DNA of 64,000 nt from Bacillota bacterium (GTDB lineage Bacteria > Bacillota > Ch66 > Ch109). The stretch is from the NCBI GenBank assembly GCA_050952625.1, contig JBMNLH010000004.1, positions 1 through 64,000 on the forward strand, read 5' to 3'. Position numbers and translations under genes: made by a program. Shown piece by piece: positions 21,266 to 30,735 of this stretch (position 1 is the first letter of the stretch; the number at the start of each line of letters is the position of its first letter). The notes under the pieces are model-generated. The model had not been told where the DNA came from. It saw only the letters and a list, made by a program, of their open reading frames with translations, and searched no databases.

Positions 21266-22942
21266 GTGAAAAAACTCAAAGCGGTAGTCTTCCTGGGGAT
21301 GAATTCCTGGCAGCACAAGGAAATTAATGATACAGTCAGGTTTTTGACCAGAGCCGCTGCTGGGATAGAAAGGCTGTACATCAATCCCCCGCCCGGTTTG
21401 AAAAATACCTTAAAAAGTTTGAGTAGTCTGACCGAAGCCTGGCACTGGCAGCAATCGGTCGAGAACGGAATAGATATTTATACCCCGCCCCTGGGCTTTG
21501 CCCCGGTCGCCTTAGGTCTGCGGGCTAAAGCGGATCGGATTGCCGCTAAATCATTTGATCGGCTGCTGCAAAGCCGTTATGGCACAGCCTGGCGGGAACA
21601 GGTACTGGTCTACATTTCTTCTTGGAGCTATACCCAGACCGAATTTATCCGGCAGCTGAATCCCCTTTACCTGGTTTTTCATATTTTGGATGATTCACTG
21701 GCCTTTCCCATGATTCAAAACGACCCCCGGGTTCTGGCAGAGAACCACAAATTTTTCCGCTATATTATGGAAAGAAGCAGCCTGGTGCTGGCGGTATCCG
21801 CTGAGTTAGCCAGAAAATACGGGGAACTGTACCAGCGGGAAGTGGCGGTGGTGAAGAACGGGGTGGATGTGGAGCATTTTCGTCAGTCGGCCTTAGACCA
21901 GTCGGCCCTAGACATTTCAACAGCTGCTTCATCGAAAGGTCTAGGTGATTCGAACGGTTTGGCTTGCTCGAGTAATCCGGGCAGTTTGGTTTGTTCGGGT
22001 GATTCGGGCAGTTTGGCTTACTCGGATAATTCGACTGCGGCTTTTGAATACGATCCCGTCAAAGTAGATGATGGTGATTCGGGCAGTTTGGCTTACTCGG
22101 ATAATTCGACTAATCCTGGTAGTCCGGGCAGTTTGGGGACAGGCCCTAAATCTGGTGATAAACCTGGAACTGGCAACAACAGTCCTGGCACTGATAACCA
22201 GGATTTTGGTGAGAAATTAGATAGGGGGGCAAAGAAATTAGATGGGGGGGCAAGTAAAAAATTAAGTAATGTTTTAAATAATGATTTAAGTAACTGTATT
22301 AATAATAATTATGATTGTAACGCTGGTAATAAAACGGACTGCAACATGCTTGCTCCAATACTTGCTCCAATAAATGAAGTTACCGAAAATGAAGTGACCG
22401 AATTACCGCAGCCGGTGTTGATGTATGTGGGTTCCATTAATTCCTGGGTTGATTTAGGTTTATTGCTGAAACTGGTGAACGACCGACCGAACTATTCTTT
22501 GGTGCTGATTGGGCATTGTTATGAAGAGACCGTTGACGGTGCCCAGTGGCAGGAGTTGCTGAGCAAACCGAATGTCTTTTGGCTGAAGAGCAAGCCTTAT
22601 AACCAGGTGCCGGCTTATATGCATGCAGCGGCGGTCTTGCTTCTGCCCCGAACCGAGGCGGAGCATTCTCGGGCTTCTGATCCGCTAAAGCTGTACGAGT
22701 ACCTGTCTGCCGGCAAGCCCGTGGTCAGTACTGGATTGCCAGCGGTGGCTGATTTTCGGGAATTGGTTTATGTGGCCCAGAACCCGACGGAGTTTATCCA
22801 ACAGGTGGATTTGGCGTTGAGCCAGCCTGACCCGGAGCGGCCTCAGCAGCAATACGCGGTGGTTAAGCAGCATTCCTGGTCCGCTCGGGTGAAGGAGATC
22901 AGTGAACTTTTAGAGAAGTATCTGGAAGTGAGTTTGACTTGA
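21266..22942 (+). CDS. Glycosyltransferase (TuaH-like, GT-B fold) with a ~165-aa in-frame insertion
   Basis: KNGVDVEHF, PVLMYVGSINSWVD, DPLKLYEYLSAGKPVVST, HSWSAR. Start moved to GTG 21266 after GAAGGGA, because the upstream part of the ORF is repeat DNA. Confidence 0.88.
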   Translation: MKKLKAVVFLGMNSWQHKEINDTVRFLTRAAAGIERLYINPPPGLKNTLKSLSSLTEAWHWQQSVENGIDIYTPPLGFAPVALGLRAKADRIAAKSFDRLLQSRYGTAWREQVLVYISSWSYTQTEFIRQLNPLYLVFHILDDSLAFPMIQNDPRVLAENHKFFRYIMERSSLVLAVSAELARKYGELYQREVAVVKNGVDVEHFRQSALDQSALDISTAASSKGLGDSNGLACSSNPGSLVCSGDSGSLAYSDNSTAAFEYDPVKVDDGDSGSLAYSDNSTNPGSPGSLGTGPKSGDKPGTGNNSPGTDNQDFGEKLDRGAKKLDGGASKKLSNVLNNDLSNCINNNYDCNAGNKTDCNMLAPILAPINEVTENEVTELPQPVLMYVGSINSWVDLGLLLKLVNDRPNYSLVLIGHCYEETVDGAQWQELLSKPNVFWLKSKPYNQVPAYMHAAAVLLLPRTEAEHSRASDPLKLYEYLSAGKPVVSTGLPAVADFRELVYVAQNPTEFIQQVDLALSQPDPERPQQQYAVVKQHSWSARVKEISELLEKYLEVSLT

Positions 22943-23135
22943 CGCCCAACGCGTGACACGCATGACTCGCGAGACATGGAGACAGGTTAATTTGTCCCGC
23001 CCGGGTAATGTCTCTTATACCTTGAAGCCGCCGTGATATGCGGGCTGATTTACTGTCCCGAGAGATGTCCCTTATGACCGCATAATGTGCAGACCATAGA
23101 TGGGGAACTAATTAACTTATAAAGAAGGATGTCCA

Positions 23136-24794
23136 GTGCTGCAAAATAGTTATTTTTATAATTTGAGTAAAAGATTCTTGCAAAAAACTGATGCCCTGAT
23201 TGATCGGTGTTACTATCCCAGCCTGACAGCAACCTTAATGGAGCGGCTAGGGCTGGCTTACCGGTCAAGTTTTACTGGTCAGTTGATGGCCCGTGATCTT
23301 GTCGGGGAAAGTTGGGCTTACAAAACATTTCAAGGGATTATTGATTTCTGCGCAAGGCTGGTTTGCTGGCCAACCGTAGAAAAACGAGCAGAGGCTGAGG
23401 GTGGACAAGTAATTTATCCCCAGCAGTATCATTTACGAAAACCAGTTGTCTTTGGATTGATCGCTTTATTCATCCTGCTGGGAGTTGGCTTGTTCTTTCT
23501 GTTGCCTTGGAGTCAGGCTCTGCAGATCCTTGGGGGGGTTCTTCTCGTCGCGGCGGTGCTCTACCGGGTAGAGTTTGGGGTCTATGCGGCCGCTCTGGCT
23601 TTGCCTTTTGTGCCTTTTAAGGCCTTGTTTATGCTGTCGCTGCTGACTTTATTCTCCCTGGTGATGAAGTGGCGCTGGGGAAAGATTGGCCGTTTACACT
23701 TTTCACCATTTTGGGTGCCCTTGCTGTTGTTTTTTCTGATCCAATTCTACGCGACCATCACCTCGGTTTATTTTTGGCCCAGTGTCAGTGAATTTTTGAT
23801 CCCGGTTACCGGCCTGATCTATCTCTTCGTGATGGTTAATGTTTTTGATCGGCCGGCCAAACTGGATAATTTTCTCCTTTGCCTGGCTTTAGCTGGTCTG
23901 GTGACCGCCGGCTATGCTACCTATCAATATTATGCTGGCCCTAGCATGGAATTCCTAAATCAGAACTGGGTGGACGCATCCCAGACCAAGGAAATTAAGA
24001 ACCGGGCTTATGCGGTTTTTGATAATCCGAACTTACTGGCTCAATACTTGGTCCTGCTAACGTCGGTTACTTTAGGGGCTCTGTTCGCTACTAGGAGTTG
24101 GCGACGCCGGGGGTTATTCGCGTTAACGGTAGTTACGTCGGTCTGCTGTCTGCTGCTTACTTATTCGCGGGGCGGCTGGATCGCTTTTGTGGCTGGCTTG
24201 CTGGTGTTTGGCTACTTCTTTAACCGACGGCGCCTGATCACGTTCCTGCCAATTGGGGCAGTTGCCGGCTACTTTTTAATTCCAGCCTGGGCCTTTAGCC
24301 GCCTGGCTACAGCTGTATCTCTGCAGGATAGTTCAAATGCTTATCGGCTTGATACCTGGAATTCGACCCTGTCTCTAGTCAGGGAATACTGGCTAACCGG
24401 GGTTGGTTTGGGGAGACAGGCCTTCGCCCGGGTTTACGGCAGCCATATGATTAACACCAACTTTGTCCCGCACTCGCACAACCTTTGTTTACAGTTAATC
24501 AGCGAGTTTGGTATACTGGGTCTGGCGGTTTTTCTTTGGCTGTTCTGGCGTTTGTTCAGATTGGGCTGTCGACTGCGCGTCAGCGGTGATGCTTTTATTC
24601 GAAGCCTGAATGCTGGGGTGATGGCCGCGATGGCTGGGTTTTTAATCCATTCATTAATAGATTACTTTCTTTGGTATTATAAGTTAGGTATTTTAATCTG
24701 GCTGCTAATCGGAATTATGCTAGTTTTGGAGAGGCTGGAGAATAAGGAAGAGGTAGGTGTTGGGCGAAGGGAGCCATGCGGCACGACACGCTGA
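23136..24794 (+). CDS. O-antigen ligase/Wzy_C-family polytopic membrane protein
   Basis: RAYAVFDNPNLLA, LLLTYSRGGW, SNAYRLDTW, GVGLG, PHSHN..QLISEFG motifs. Confidence 0.9.
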   Translation: MLQNSYFYNLSKRFLQKTDALIDRCYYPSLTATLMERLGLAYRSSFTGQLMARDLVGESWAYKTFQGIIDFCARLVCWPTVEKRAEAEGGQVIYPQQYHLRKPVVFGLIALFILLGVGLFFLLPWSQALQILGGVLLVAAVLYRVEFGVYAAALALPFVPFKALFMLSLLTLFSLVMKWRWGKIGRLHFSPFWVPLLLFFLIQFYATITSVYFWPSVSEFLIPVTGLIYLFVMVNVFDRPAKLDNFLLCLALAGLVTAGYATYQYYAGPSMEFLNQNWVDASQTKEIKNRAYAVFDNPNLLAQYLVLLTSVTLGALFATRSWRRRGLFALTVVTSVCCLLLTYSRGGWIAFVAGLLVFGYFFNRRRLITFLPIGAVAGYFLIPAWAFSRLATAVSLQDSSNAYRLDTWNSTLSLVREYWLTGVGLGRQAFARVYGSHMINTNFVPHSHNLCLQLISEFGILGLAVFLWLFWRLFRLGCRLRVSGDAFIRSLNAGVMAAMAGFLIHSLIDYFLWYYKLGILIWLLIGIMLVLERLENKEEVGVGRREPCGTTR

Positions 24795-25063
24795 CTGAGA
24801 ATTAAAACCTAATTCTAGGATATCTATGATAATCGTTATATAATCGATAGGGTTAACAATGCCGATGTTTAGGGCTTGGCATTTGGCATTTATCACTTAG
24901 GGCAGCAGCGATCCGTTAGAAGTCACGTTTTAAATAATGGTATTAAATAATGATAATCAAGCCGGGACACTTAACATATCCCCTTGTCCCACATTAATCC
25001 TATTTAAAGCCGGGACAGTTAACCTGTCCCATGTCCATCAAGAAAGGAACGGTGTTTTTTAGG

Positions 25064-25540
25064 ATGGAAGGCAAACGGAAGCTGAGGTTTAATGTCGTTG
25101 ATTTGGTAATATTTGTGGTAGTTTTAGGGCTGCTTGCTCTAGGAGCTTATAAACTTTTTTTCGTTAATCAGGCTTTGCAGGCGCAAAATGGAACGATTGA
25201 ATATCAGGTTTTGATTGAAGAGGTGCGGCAGCCTTCGGTTGATGCTTTTAAAGAAGGACAGAAGGTTAAGGAGCTGCAAACTAACATTGATCTGGGCAGT
25301 GTTGTCGGCAAAGAAGCGATGCCCCATAAGGAACCAGTGGCTACTATGGATGGTCGGATTGTGATGGCCGAGGTACCTGGGAAATATGACTTGATCGTGA
25401 CCATTCAGGCACCGGCGATAATCGGTGAAAGTAACATCACGGTCAGTAATAAGGAAATTAAGCTGGGGGATCAGGTGACTTTAAAGACTAACATTTCGGC
25501 GGCTAAAGGGATTATTTATGGGGTGACGGTGAAGGAGTGA
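25064..25540 (+). CDS. DUF4330-like membrane-anchored protein
   Basis: FNVVDLVI..TM helix followed by a beta-rich domain; start at ATG 25064. Confidence 0.7.
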   Translation: MEGKRKLRFNVVDLVIFVVVLGLLALGAYKLFFVNQALQAQNGTIEYQVLIEEVRQPSVDAFKEGQKVKELQTNIDLGSVVGKEAMPHKEPVATMDGRIVMAEVPGKYDLIVTIQAPAIIGESNITVSNKEIKLGDQVTLKTNISAAKGIIYGVTVKE

Positions 25541-25705
25541 ACCCGTCCAAGTAGTATTGGGAGTGTAAAATATTACGTGTAATTGGTTGTTTACCTCAGT
25601 TTTTCAACTACCGCATTTTACTACCGAGAGAATCGCCCCCGTGGCTGCCCATGTTCCTGCCAAGAGAACCGTCCCATGCTGTTATGGCTGTCAAAAGGTA
25701 AATAA

Positions 25706-25745
25706 CCAAAGACCGTTCGCACCGAGCCAAGCCGAACGGTCTTTT
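25706..25745 (+). terminator. Intrinsic terminator between convergent genes
   Basis: aaagaccgttcg...cgaacggtctttt hairpin. Confidence 0.7.
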
Positions 25746-25878
25746 ATCCGTTTCTATTCAACTAGCACATTCAACTGCCGGGAGAACCGTCACCATGACT
25801 GTTCTTAATAGTCGTTATTACTAGACGGTCTTTTATTTGTTTCCATTCAGCAGCCAAGAGAACCGTCCCTGTGGTTGG

Positions 25879-26983
25879 TTAGGCGGTGGCTGCTGCCCAA
25901 GGTTTGTCGAATTGGAGTTTTAATACTTCGTGCGTGTAGATTGTGGAGGCTAAACTCTTCTTGGCTTCGGCCACTTGGCTTTCGGCCTCAAGAAGCTGAG
26001 CCTTGGTGGCCATTCCCACTTCAAACTGAACCTGGACTACGCGCAGGTTTTCTTCGGCAATCTTCAGGTTTTCCTGCTGCAAGGCGTAATTCTCTTCTAG
26101 CTGGAGAATTTTATTGTAAATTGCTCTTATGCCTTGCCGCATTTGTTCTTTGCCGTCTGCGGCTGTTAATTCCGCGGTGCTAACATCTATCTTCTTAGCA
26201 TCATAAGGTTCGCGCATAGGATTCGTCCAGTCGTAAAGATCAAGATCTAATTTAGCTAACTCAACTTTTCGATCAGCTAACCAGATGCTTGGACTCTGCT
26301 CTAGTCGACGTTGAATTGCTGCCTCTAAATTATCAATTTCAATTGGAATAAACTGCGGGATATCTAATAAGACCGGCCGATCATCTGGTTTCAAACCAAC
26401 TATGTTATTTAGAGCCTGATACTTATCAATTAAACCCTGCCGAGCTGCCTCTAAAGCCGCTTTCCGAAGTTGATAACCGGCTTCAGCCTGTATCTTGGCT
26501 GCCTCACTCGACATCCCTACTTGATAGGAAGCCCGCGCTGCCCGCTGTTGCCAGTCAGCGTTTTTTAGGGCTGCTTCTGCAGCCGTCACCTCTTCTTGAG
26601 CCGAAAGAACATTTGTATAAGCTTGGAAAACGGATAATACCACGGCATCGGCTTTCATGGTCTTTGTCTTCTTACTCATTTGCCAAGCCAAATCAGTTTG
26701 CACCAAGGTGGTGAAGGCTGCACTAGCTGCTTCTGGGGAAGGTCCTATGGGAATATACTTAACTGTATCGGCTACTTTTTCTCGAACTTTTTCGCCTCGT
26801 TCAATATCGTAATCGGATTGTTTCAGGTCTTTACTGGTGGCCAAGGCCTTATCAACGGCTTGATCCAAAGTTAATTCGATAACAGTTGGATCATTGATCA
26901 TTCGTCTCGCTTCCATAAGCAAATCCACCCAGCATCATGACTAGGTAAATAGCCACAGTAACAATCGCTACTCCTCTGCGCAT
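25879..26983 (-). pseudogene. TolC/OEP-family protein; signal peptide put out of frame by a 7-bp tandem duplication
   Basis: LTLDQAVDKAL..S, ASYQVGMSS, VQFEVGMATKAQLLEAE repeats. ATG 26983 (RBS AAAGGGTG) encodes MRRGVAIVTVAIYLVMMLGGFAYG. GATCATT is duplicated at 26889-26902, and removing one copy gives a 365-aa ORF. Confidence 0.8.
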
Positions 26984-27108
26984 CTAAAACCACCCTTTCA
27001 AAGCTCCGTCTGACTTTTAACAAAAAACAGGTTCGACAGCATCTGTTGCCTATGTAGGCTGCCCTCGGAAGTACAACCAAATTTCGACTGACCAGCCAGT
27101 CTATAAAT

Positions 27109-27137
27109 AATATACTGGCAACCCGCGAACAAGTCAA
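27109..27137 (-). promoter_or_regulatory. Sigma-A-type promoter for the tolC-like gene
   Basis: TTGACT-N17-TATATT on the minus strand. Confidence 0.65.
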
Positions 27138-27164
27138 CTACGGATTTCCCAAATTAAGCAAAGA

Positions 27165-27197
27165 AAAGGACCCGAATCATGCGAATCCGGGTCCTTT
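27165..27197 (-). terminator. Intrinsic terminator of the S-layer gene
   Basis: aaaggacccg...cgggtcctttt hairpin with U-tract, 25 bp after the stop. Confidence 0.85.
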
Positions 27198-27221
27198 GGG
27201 AAATTACTTACTCTTTGTGAT

Positions 27222-29510
27222 TTACAGGTTCATGGTTGCAGTTTGGGTTGCATCATCCCAAGTAAAGTCTGCACCAAATGCCTGACCAATCCACCGTAAC
27301 GGCAACATGGTCCGGTCGCTAGTGATTTCAGGAGCAACGTCCATGTTAATGGACACGCCATTTACCAACATAACCGTGCTACCAATCTTAACTTGAACCA
27401 CTTTGTCGCCCTTGATCAGGGTAGCAGTTTGAGCAACAGCATCCCACATAATGTTATGTTCAGATACACCCAGTGCCATAGCAACGTAGCGGAGCGGCAT
27501 ATAGGTGCGGCTATCCTTAATGTAAGGAGCTACATCCATGGTTTGCTCAACGCCGTTAGCAGTGTAAGTCGTTTGGCCAATCACAAACGCTACATTAGCT
27601 TTTTGTTCACCAGGAGCAGGAGTAACTACTTGAGCTACTTGAACAGAGCCGACTGAAGTAGCAGCTGGGAATAATCCTGCAGTTTGAACAACATTACCTT
27701 TAACGGATGCATTGATTGCACCTTCGGCAACTGAACGGTCAACAGTTAATTTAATTCCACTGAATTTAACGGTAGAAGGAGTACTACTTGTAGATCTTAC
27801 GGTTACACCGATAGCCCATCTTCCATCATTAGTTACACCGGCAGCAACACTAGTTGGATCAAGTACTATATCACCTTCTACAACCTCAACACTGGTTGGC
27901 AATGACGGAGTAACCCCTGCTGGGAAGTGAAGGAATAAACCACCAGCTGGGCCGCCTGCTGTAGTAAATGGTGTATACGCACCTGCTGCATTAGTAGACG
28001 GAATAGCTTCTGCACTGTTTTCAGTTATTAAAACATCACCAATTAACTGTCCGCCTTGACCAACAACTACTTCTGCAATTTTGGAAGCAGTTATGCTCAC
28101 TGGTTTAACAGTCTTGGCAACTAAAACCTCGCCTGATGCACCAGCAGTACCAGCAACAATAACTTTGATATCTTCGTTTGCTTGACCCGAAACATCAATC
28201 GAACCCTTTTCAAGTACATACTTGGCTGCATTAGCACTTGCAGTTACTGTAGCTTTAATTGTATCACCAGTTGTTCCAACTGCTGACCAAGCCAAAGCGT
28301 TAGTATTCTTAGAATTTGAGTTATCAATATTTGGGAAAACATTCCATTTTGCTCCGCCAGTCAATTGAAGAGTAATTGTACGGCCACCAGTTAGGCTGTT
28401 AGCAACACTTTCTTCAATTGCGATTTTTCCAATTTCTTGATCCGCTTTACCAGCCTTTACTTCTTTAGGATCACCAAAAGCGGAAACAGTTACGCTATAG
28501 TCACCAAGTGTACCTACAGTTACGGAAGATGTATTAATTGAACTGTCCCCACTAATTGTAGCAACGATATCCCCAATCTTGGCGATACTTTCATCAACAG
28601 CAATACTCAAACCACTAATTCTGTAGTAAGATGCATCGGACGAAGCTGCTCCTTTGGGGTTATTGATCACCAAGGTACGTCCGCTATCTGCCGTTGTTAA
28701 GTCTGTAGCTGCTGTATTAGGAATAACCGCAGCGTCACTTGTAGACCAAATCGCAGCACCTGTTACCCCTGGGAATGTGGGTGTATTCCAGGTAAAGCCA
28801 TTAGGCAACTTAACCTTTACAGCATTCCCTGTTGTCGCTAATGCACCGGCTCTATCTTCCTTAATTAAGAGGTCGCCGATAGCACCACCGGCAGTAGTAA
28901 TAGTTTTTATATCATCTAATGCTAGTGTTACAGAACCGCTCCCGATTTGAGCTATCAGGACAGAACCGCTGGACATCGGTGTGCCTGGAGGAGCATCAAT
29001 AGTAAGCTTAATTTCCCCAGACTTTCCACTAGGAACATTGAAAGATTGGAAGTCTAAGTAGAATAGACCTCTATCCGCAGATGCCGCTGCAGTAACAGTT
29101 ACATCATATTCCCGGTAGGTTGCATTTGCTAGTGTAGGAGATGTTACAGCCGCTCCTACTGGAGTTACTTTAACAGTGGCAACTTGGTTAGTACCACTTG
29201 AGAAAGTAGGAATTCTTCCATTGGCTATTGTTGCAGGAAGAATAGTTGCCGTATAATCAATAGGTAACGATACCCGGAATGTAGTAGTTGCGGGTGGTGC
29301 TGGCAACGAACCAGCACTAACTTCCACAATTACTCGATTAAATATATCCGTTGCTAACGCATCAGCATACCAATTGCCCGCACTTACATTTTGGACAAAA
29401 TTGGCAGAATAGGTAGAAACTGCGCTTGCCGTCGGCACACCAACAAATAGTGTTGCCAGCATCGCCAGAGTCAGCAATATCGCTAAACTCTTTTTGCTTT
29501 TTCTTAGCAT
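27222..29510 (-). CDS. Probable major S-layer protein with C-terminal copper amine oxidase N-terminal-like (stalk) domain
   Basis: Signal peptide; A/T/G/V/S-rich beta-type body without Cys; C-terminal MDVAPYIKDSRTYMPLRYVA and MDVAPEITSDRTMLPLRWIG; AAGGAGG RBS, long leader and own terminator. Confidence 0.8.
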   Translation of the reverse strand: MLRKSKKSLAILLTLAMLATLFVGVPTASAVSTYSANFVQNVSAGNWYADALATDIFNRVIVEVSAGSLPAPPATTTFRVSLPIDYTATILPATIANGRIPTFSSGTNQVATVKVTPVGAAVTSPTLANATYREYDVTVTAAASADRGLFYLDFQSFNVPSGKSGEIKLTIDAPPGTPMSSGSVLIAQIGSGSVTLALDDIKTITTAGGAIGDLLIKEDRAGALATTGNAVKVKLPNGFTWNTPTFPGVTGAAIWSTSDAAVIPNTAATDLTTADSGRTLVINNPKGAASSDASYYRISGLSIAVDESIAKIGDIVATISGDSSINTSSVTVGTLGDYSVTVSAFGDPKEVKAGKADQEIGKIAIEESVANSLTGGRTITLQLTGGAKWNVFPNIDNSNSKNTNALAWSAVGTTGDTIKATVTASANAAKYVLEKGSIDVSGQANEDIKVIVAGTAGASGEVLVAKTVKPVSITASKIAEVVVGQGGQLIGDVLITENSAEAIPSTNAAGAYTPFTTAGGPAGGLFLHFPAGVTPSLPTSVEVVEGDIVLDPTSVAAGVTNDGRWAIGVTVRSTSSTPSTVKFSGIKLTVDRSVAEGAINASVKGNVVQTAGLFPAATSVGSVQVAQVVTPAPGEQKANVAFVIGQTTYTANGVEQTMDVAPYIKDSRTYMPLRYVAMALGVSEHNIMWDAVAQTATLIKGDKVVQVKIGSTVMLVNGVSINMDVAPEITSDRTMLPLRWIGQAFGADFTWDDATQTATMNL

Positions 29511-29768
29511 TGCATATCCTCCTTGTATTTTTGTTGTGGTATAATTATTTCCTTGATTCCCTTTTCCGGTCTGGTAGCCTTGTTTCCCAGTTACCCCCTC
29601 CTTTTCTTACATTAGTAACTTCTGATTCACTCCCGACCGGTCTGAATCAGCGGCGACCTATGTAGTACCTGATTTGTCTGCCGCTTTTCCTTAAACCGTC
29701 GGTTAACTTCCCCCGAGGAAATAGTTTTGGGGTCATTCCTGCATGGCCTTCCTCGGTAAATCATTTCT

Positions 29769-29797
29769 TTAGACACCGCCTGGTTGCCAAAAGTTCC
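29769..29797 (-). promoter_or_regulatory. ECF sigma promoter facing the S-layer gene
   Basis: GGAACTT-ttggcaaccaggcggt(16)-GTCTAA on the minus strand. Confidence 0.8.
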
Positions 29798-29932
29798 ACG
29801 AAAAAATAAAAATGTGCAGAATTTCGTTTCCATTCTCTCACACTATCTCTTTGGTCAGTTTCGATTTATAATAAGTTATATAGAAATAAGGCATTAAGGT
29901 ATATTTAAAGATTATTTTAAAGATTATTTAAC

Positions 29933-29961
29933 GGAACTTTTCCCTTCTTCCGATTGTCTAA
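29933..29961 (+). promoter_or_regulatory. Autoregulatory ECF sigma promoter
   Basis: GGAACTT-ttcccttcttccgatt(16)-GTCTAA upstream of the ECF sigma gene. Confidence 0.85.
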
Positions 29962-30003
29962 TGAATAACCGGGGTTGCCCGGCTACCGTCAGGAGTGTCG
30001 TGG

Positions 30004-30573
30004 TTGGATCGTGTCAGGGAACTGGTTAAGCAAGCCCAAAAGAATGACCTCGGTGCTTTTGAGGAACTGGTCCGGATCTATAAGGACCGCATATACGGAT
30101 TGTGTTATCAGTTAACGAACAATCAGGCGGATGCCCAGGATTTAGCCCAGGAGGTTTTTATCCGCGCTTATACGGGTTTAGCTTCCTTCCGCAATGAGGC
30201 GGATTTTGGTACCTGGCTGCACCGCATCGCGGTTAACCAATGGATTAACTTCAAGCGCAAACAAAAACGCCATAATTTTATTTCGCTTGATGCCCCGATC
30301 CAGACGAGTGAAGGCGAAATGACGCGGGAGGTTGCCGTTGCTGAGGAAGATCCGCAGGAAATCTACGAACAAATGGAACTTCAGGGTTTTGTCCGTAAAG
30401 CCCTGGATCAACTTTCTACCGAGCACCGAACCGTGTTGGTCCTTAGAGAACTGCAGGGCTACAGTTATGATGAGATTGCCAGTGTGGTTGGTTGTACGCT
30501 AGGGACCGTCAAATCTCGGATTAACCGGGCCCGACAGGCTCTCAAGGAAATGGTGAATGCGCTAAGCAGTTAA
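30004..30573 (+). CDS. ECF-family RNA polymerase sigma factor (RpoE/SigW-like)
   Basis: AFEELV, DAQDLAQEVFIRAY, FGTWLHRIAVN, GYSYDEIA..GTVKSRINRAR. TTG 30004 lies 8 nt after AGGAG. Confidence 0.95.
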   Translation: MDRVRELVKQAQKNDLGAFEELVRIYKDRIYGLCYQLTNNQADAQDLAQEVFIRAYTGLASFRNEADFGTWLHRIAVNQWINFKRKQKRHNFISLDAPIQTSEGEMTREVAVAEEDPQEIYEQMELQGFVRKALDQLSTEHRTVLVLRELQGYSYDEIASVVGCTLGTVKSRINRARQALKEMVNALSS

Positions 30574-30735
30574 GACAGTTTATTCATATAAGTTTATTCA
30601 TATAAGTAAATGTATTTTATCAATGGATTTTTATCATTGAATTATCATTGAACTTATCAATAATTATAAATTTAATGCTTGTTAATGAATAAACGAGATC
30701 AATCTGCTAAAAGAGCACCAAAGAAGGTGATGTGT

